A DNA stretch of 64,000 nt from Lama glama (lineage: Eukaryota): NCBI GenBank assembly GCA_028534125.1, contig CM052818.1, positions 21,268,001-21,332,000 on the forward strand, written 5' to 3'. Within the stretch, counting starts at the first letter, position 1. Every line of letters starts with the position of its first letter. The notes under the pieces are model-generated. The model made no database searches and was not told the DNA's origin. It worked only from the letters and a program-made list of their open reading frames with translations. This document shows, one piece after another, positions 62,901 to 64,000 of the stretch. A program made the position numbers and the translations under genes.

Positions 62901-64000
62901 CTTTTTCCACTTACAAATATATCTTGGAGATTGTTCCAAAGCACCGCATGGAAGAATAATGATTTATTCAACCAGGCAGGGTCAGAGAGAAGCCTTGTGA
63001 GAAATGGAGAACAGGTGAGCAAGTGGTGGATGGAGGATTTCAGAGATTTCTGTGGATCCCTCTTAATGGCCAAGGCTGACTGGGGACAGTTAACAGCGCT
63101 GGTAGCACAGGCTGCTACACCCTCAACAACTTCTCATTTGCTTTGTCTCTTGTCCACCCTGTGGGTGGACTGGGAAGCTGCTTGGCTCATAGAGTCACAG
63201 AAGACAAAGAGGAAAGGGAACACTCACTTGCCTTTCCTCCCAGTGCAGTGTAAGTTGGAATAGTCTTGTTTCTTTACTGTTAATAACATACCCACCTATT
63301 TATATTTATCACCACTTCTCCTACATTGCAGAACCCTCTTCCCTTGCCCCCGCGTGATCATGGAAATATTAGAGCAATACTCTTTTCTCAGTTAACCTTT
63401 CCTGCCAGGATAGTTTATTTTTGAGAGGAAACATTTGATAAAGCTCAGAGTAATTTTAAATACATGATTTGCCATGTTAACACTTGTCACTTATCATATG
63501 CACTTCAGTCCGACCTCCCTGCCATTCTGTTAACCTTCAGAGGCGCGTTAAAGCAAGCCATTTGCAGCTGCCCTGTGAAAACTCTGCATTTAAATTGCTT
63601 TTCCTCCCTTCCCCAAATTTTCCATAACTATAAATAAATTTAATTACCATTCCAAGAAGTGTAAGCAAATCTTCTATTACATTTTTTAATCTTTTATCTC
63701 CTTCTTATTCCTCCACCAAATATACAGCGTATCAGGCAGCCTCTTTGCTTCGAGTGGCACTAGTCCTCTCACAGCGATCCTCCCACGAATGAAAATCTGA
63801 ATCTCTTTTCCCTTCCATCCAACTGAGTTTCCCGAGAGTTTCAGTGCAGCCCAGCACTCCGGGGCCTACCCTGCAGCTATAAGCGTTTCTGTAGAGGAGG
63901 TCATGGGGAGCCAACATTAGGGGCTCCTCAAATGCCCTTCTGGCCTCCTTCCACTGGCACGGAAATGGAGCACACCCAAGGTTGCGGCCTCACCACGGCA

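Overview
Non-coding mammalian genomic DNA from a draft scaffold (N-gaps at 7176-7275, 29487-29986, 59067-59566). It is probably camelid, judging by two tRNA-Ala(AGC)-derived SINEs of the vic-1 type and cetartiodactyl-type L1 3' ends. I find no supportable protein-coding gene, real tRNA/rRNA or CRISPR array; ORFs with recognisable protein sequence are decayed L1/L2 ORF2 remnants. The window opens at the edge of a CpG island, followed by about 3 kb with no recognisable transposon. It continues through ancient repeats (MIR, L2, MER5/MER58, Tigger, MLT1, LTR33, L1M) interleaved with about ten repeat-free blocks rich in homeodomain, SOX, GATA and TALE motifs. That layout suggests the enhancer-bearing flank of a developmental regulator gene; the PAX6/PAUPAR upstream region is an unverified guess. 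53-63 kb is a multi-layer nested L1/DNA-transposon complex. I see no evidence of a novel biological system. The best leads are candidate enhancers, a possible L1 insertion-mediated deletion, a perfect 49-bp duplication and an L2 endonuclease fossil. Repeat subfamilies were assigned from memory of consensus sequences, and boundaries are approximate unless TSDs are given.
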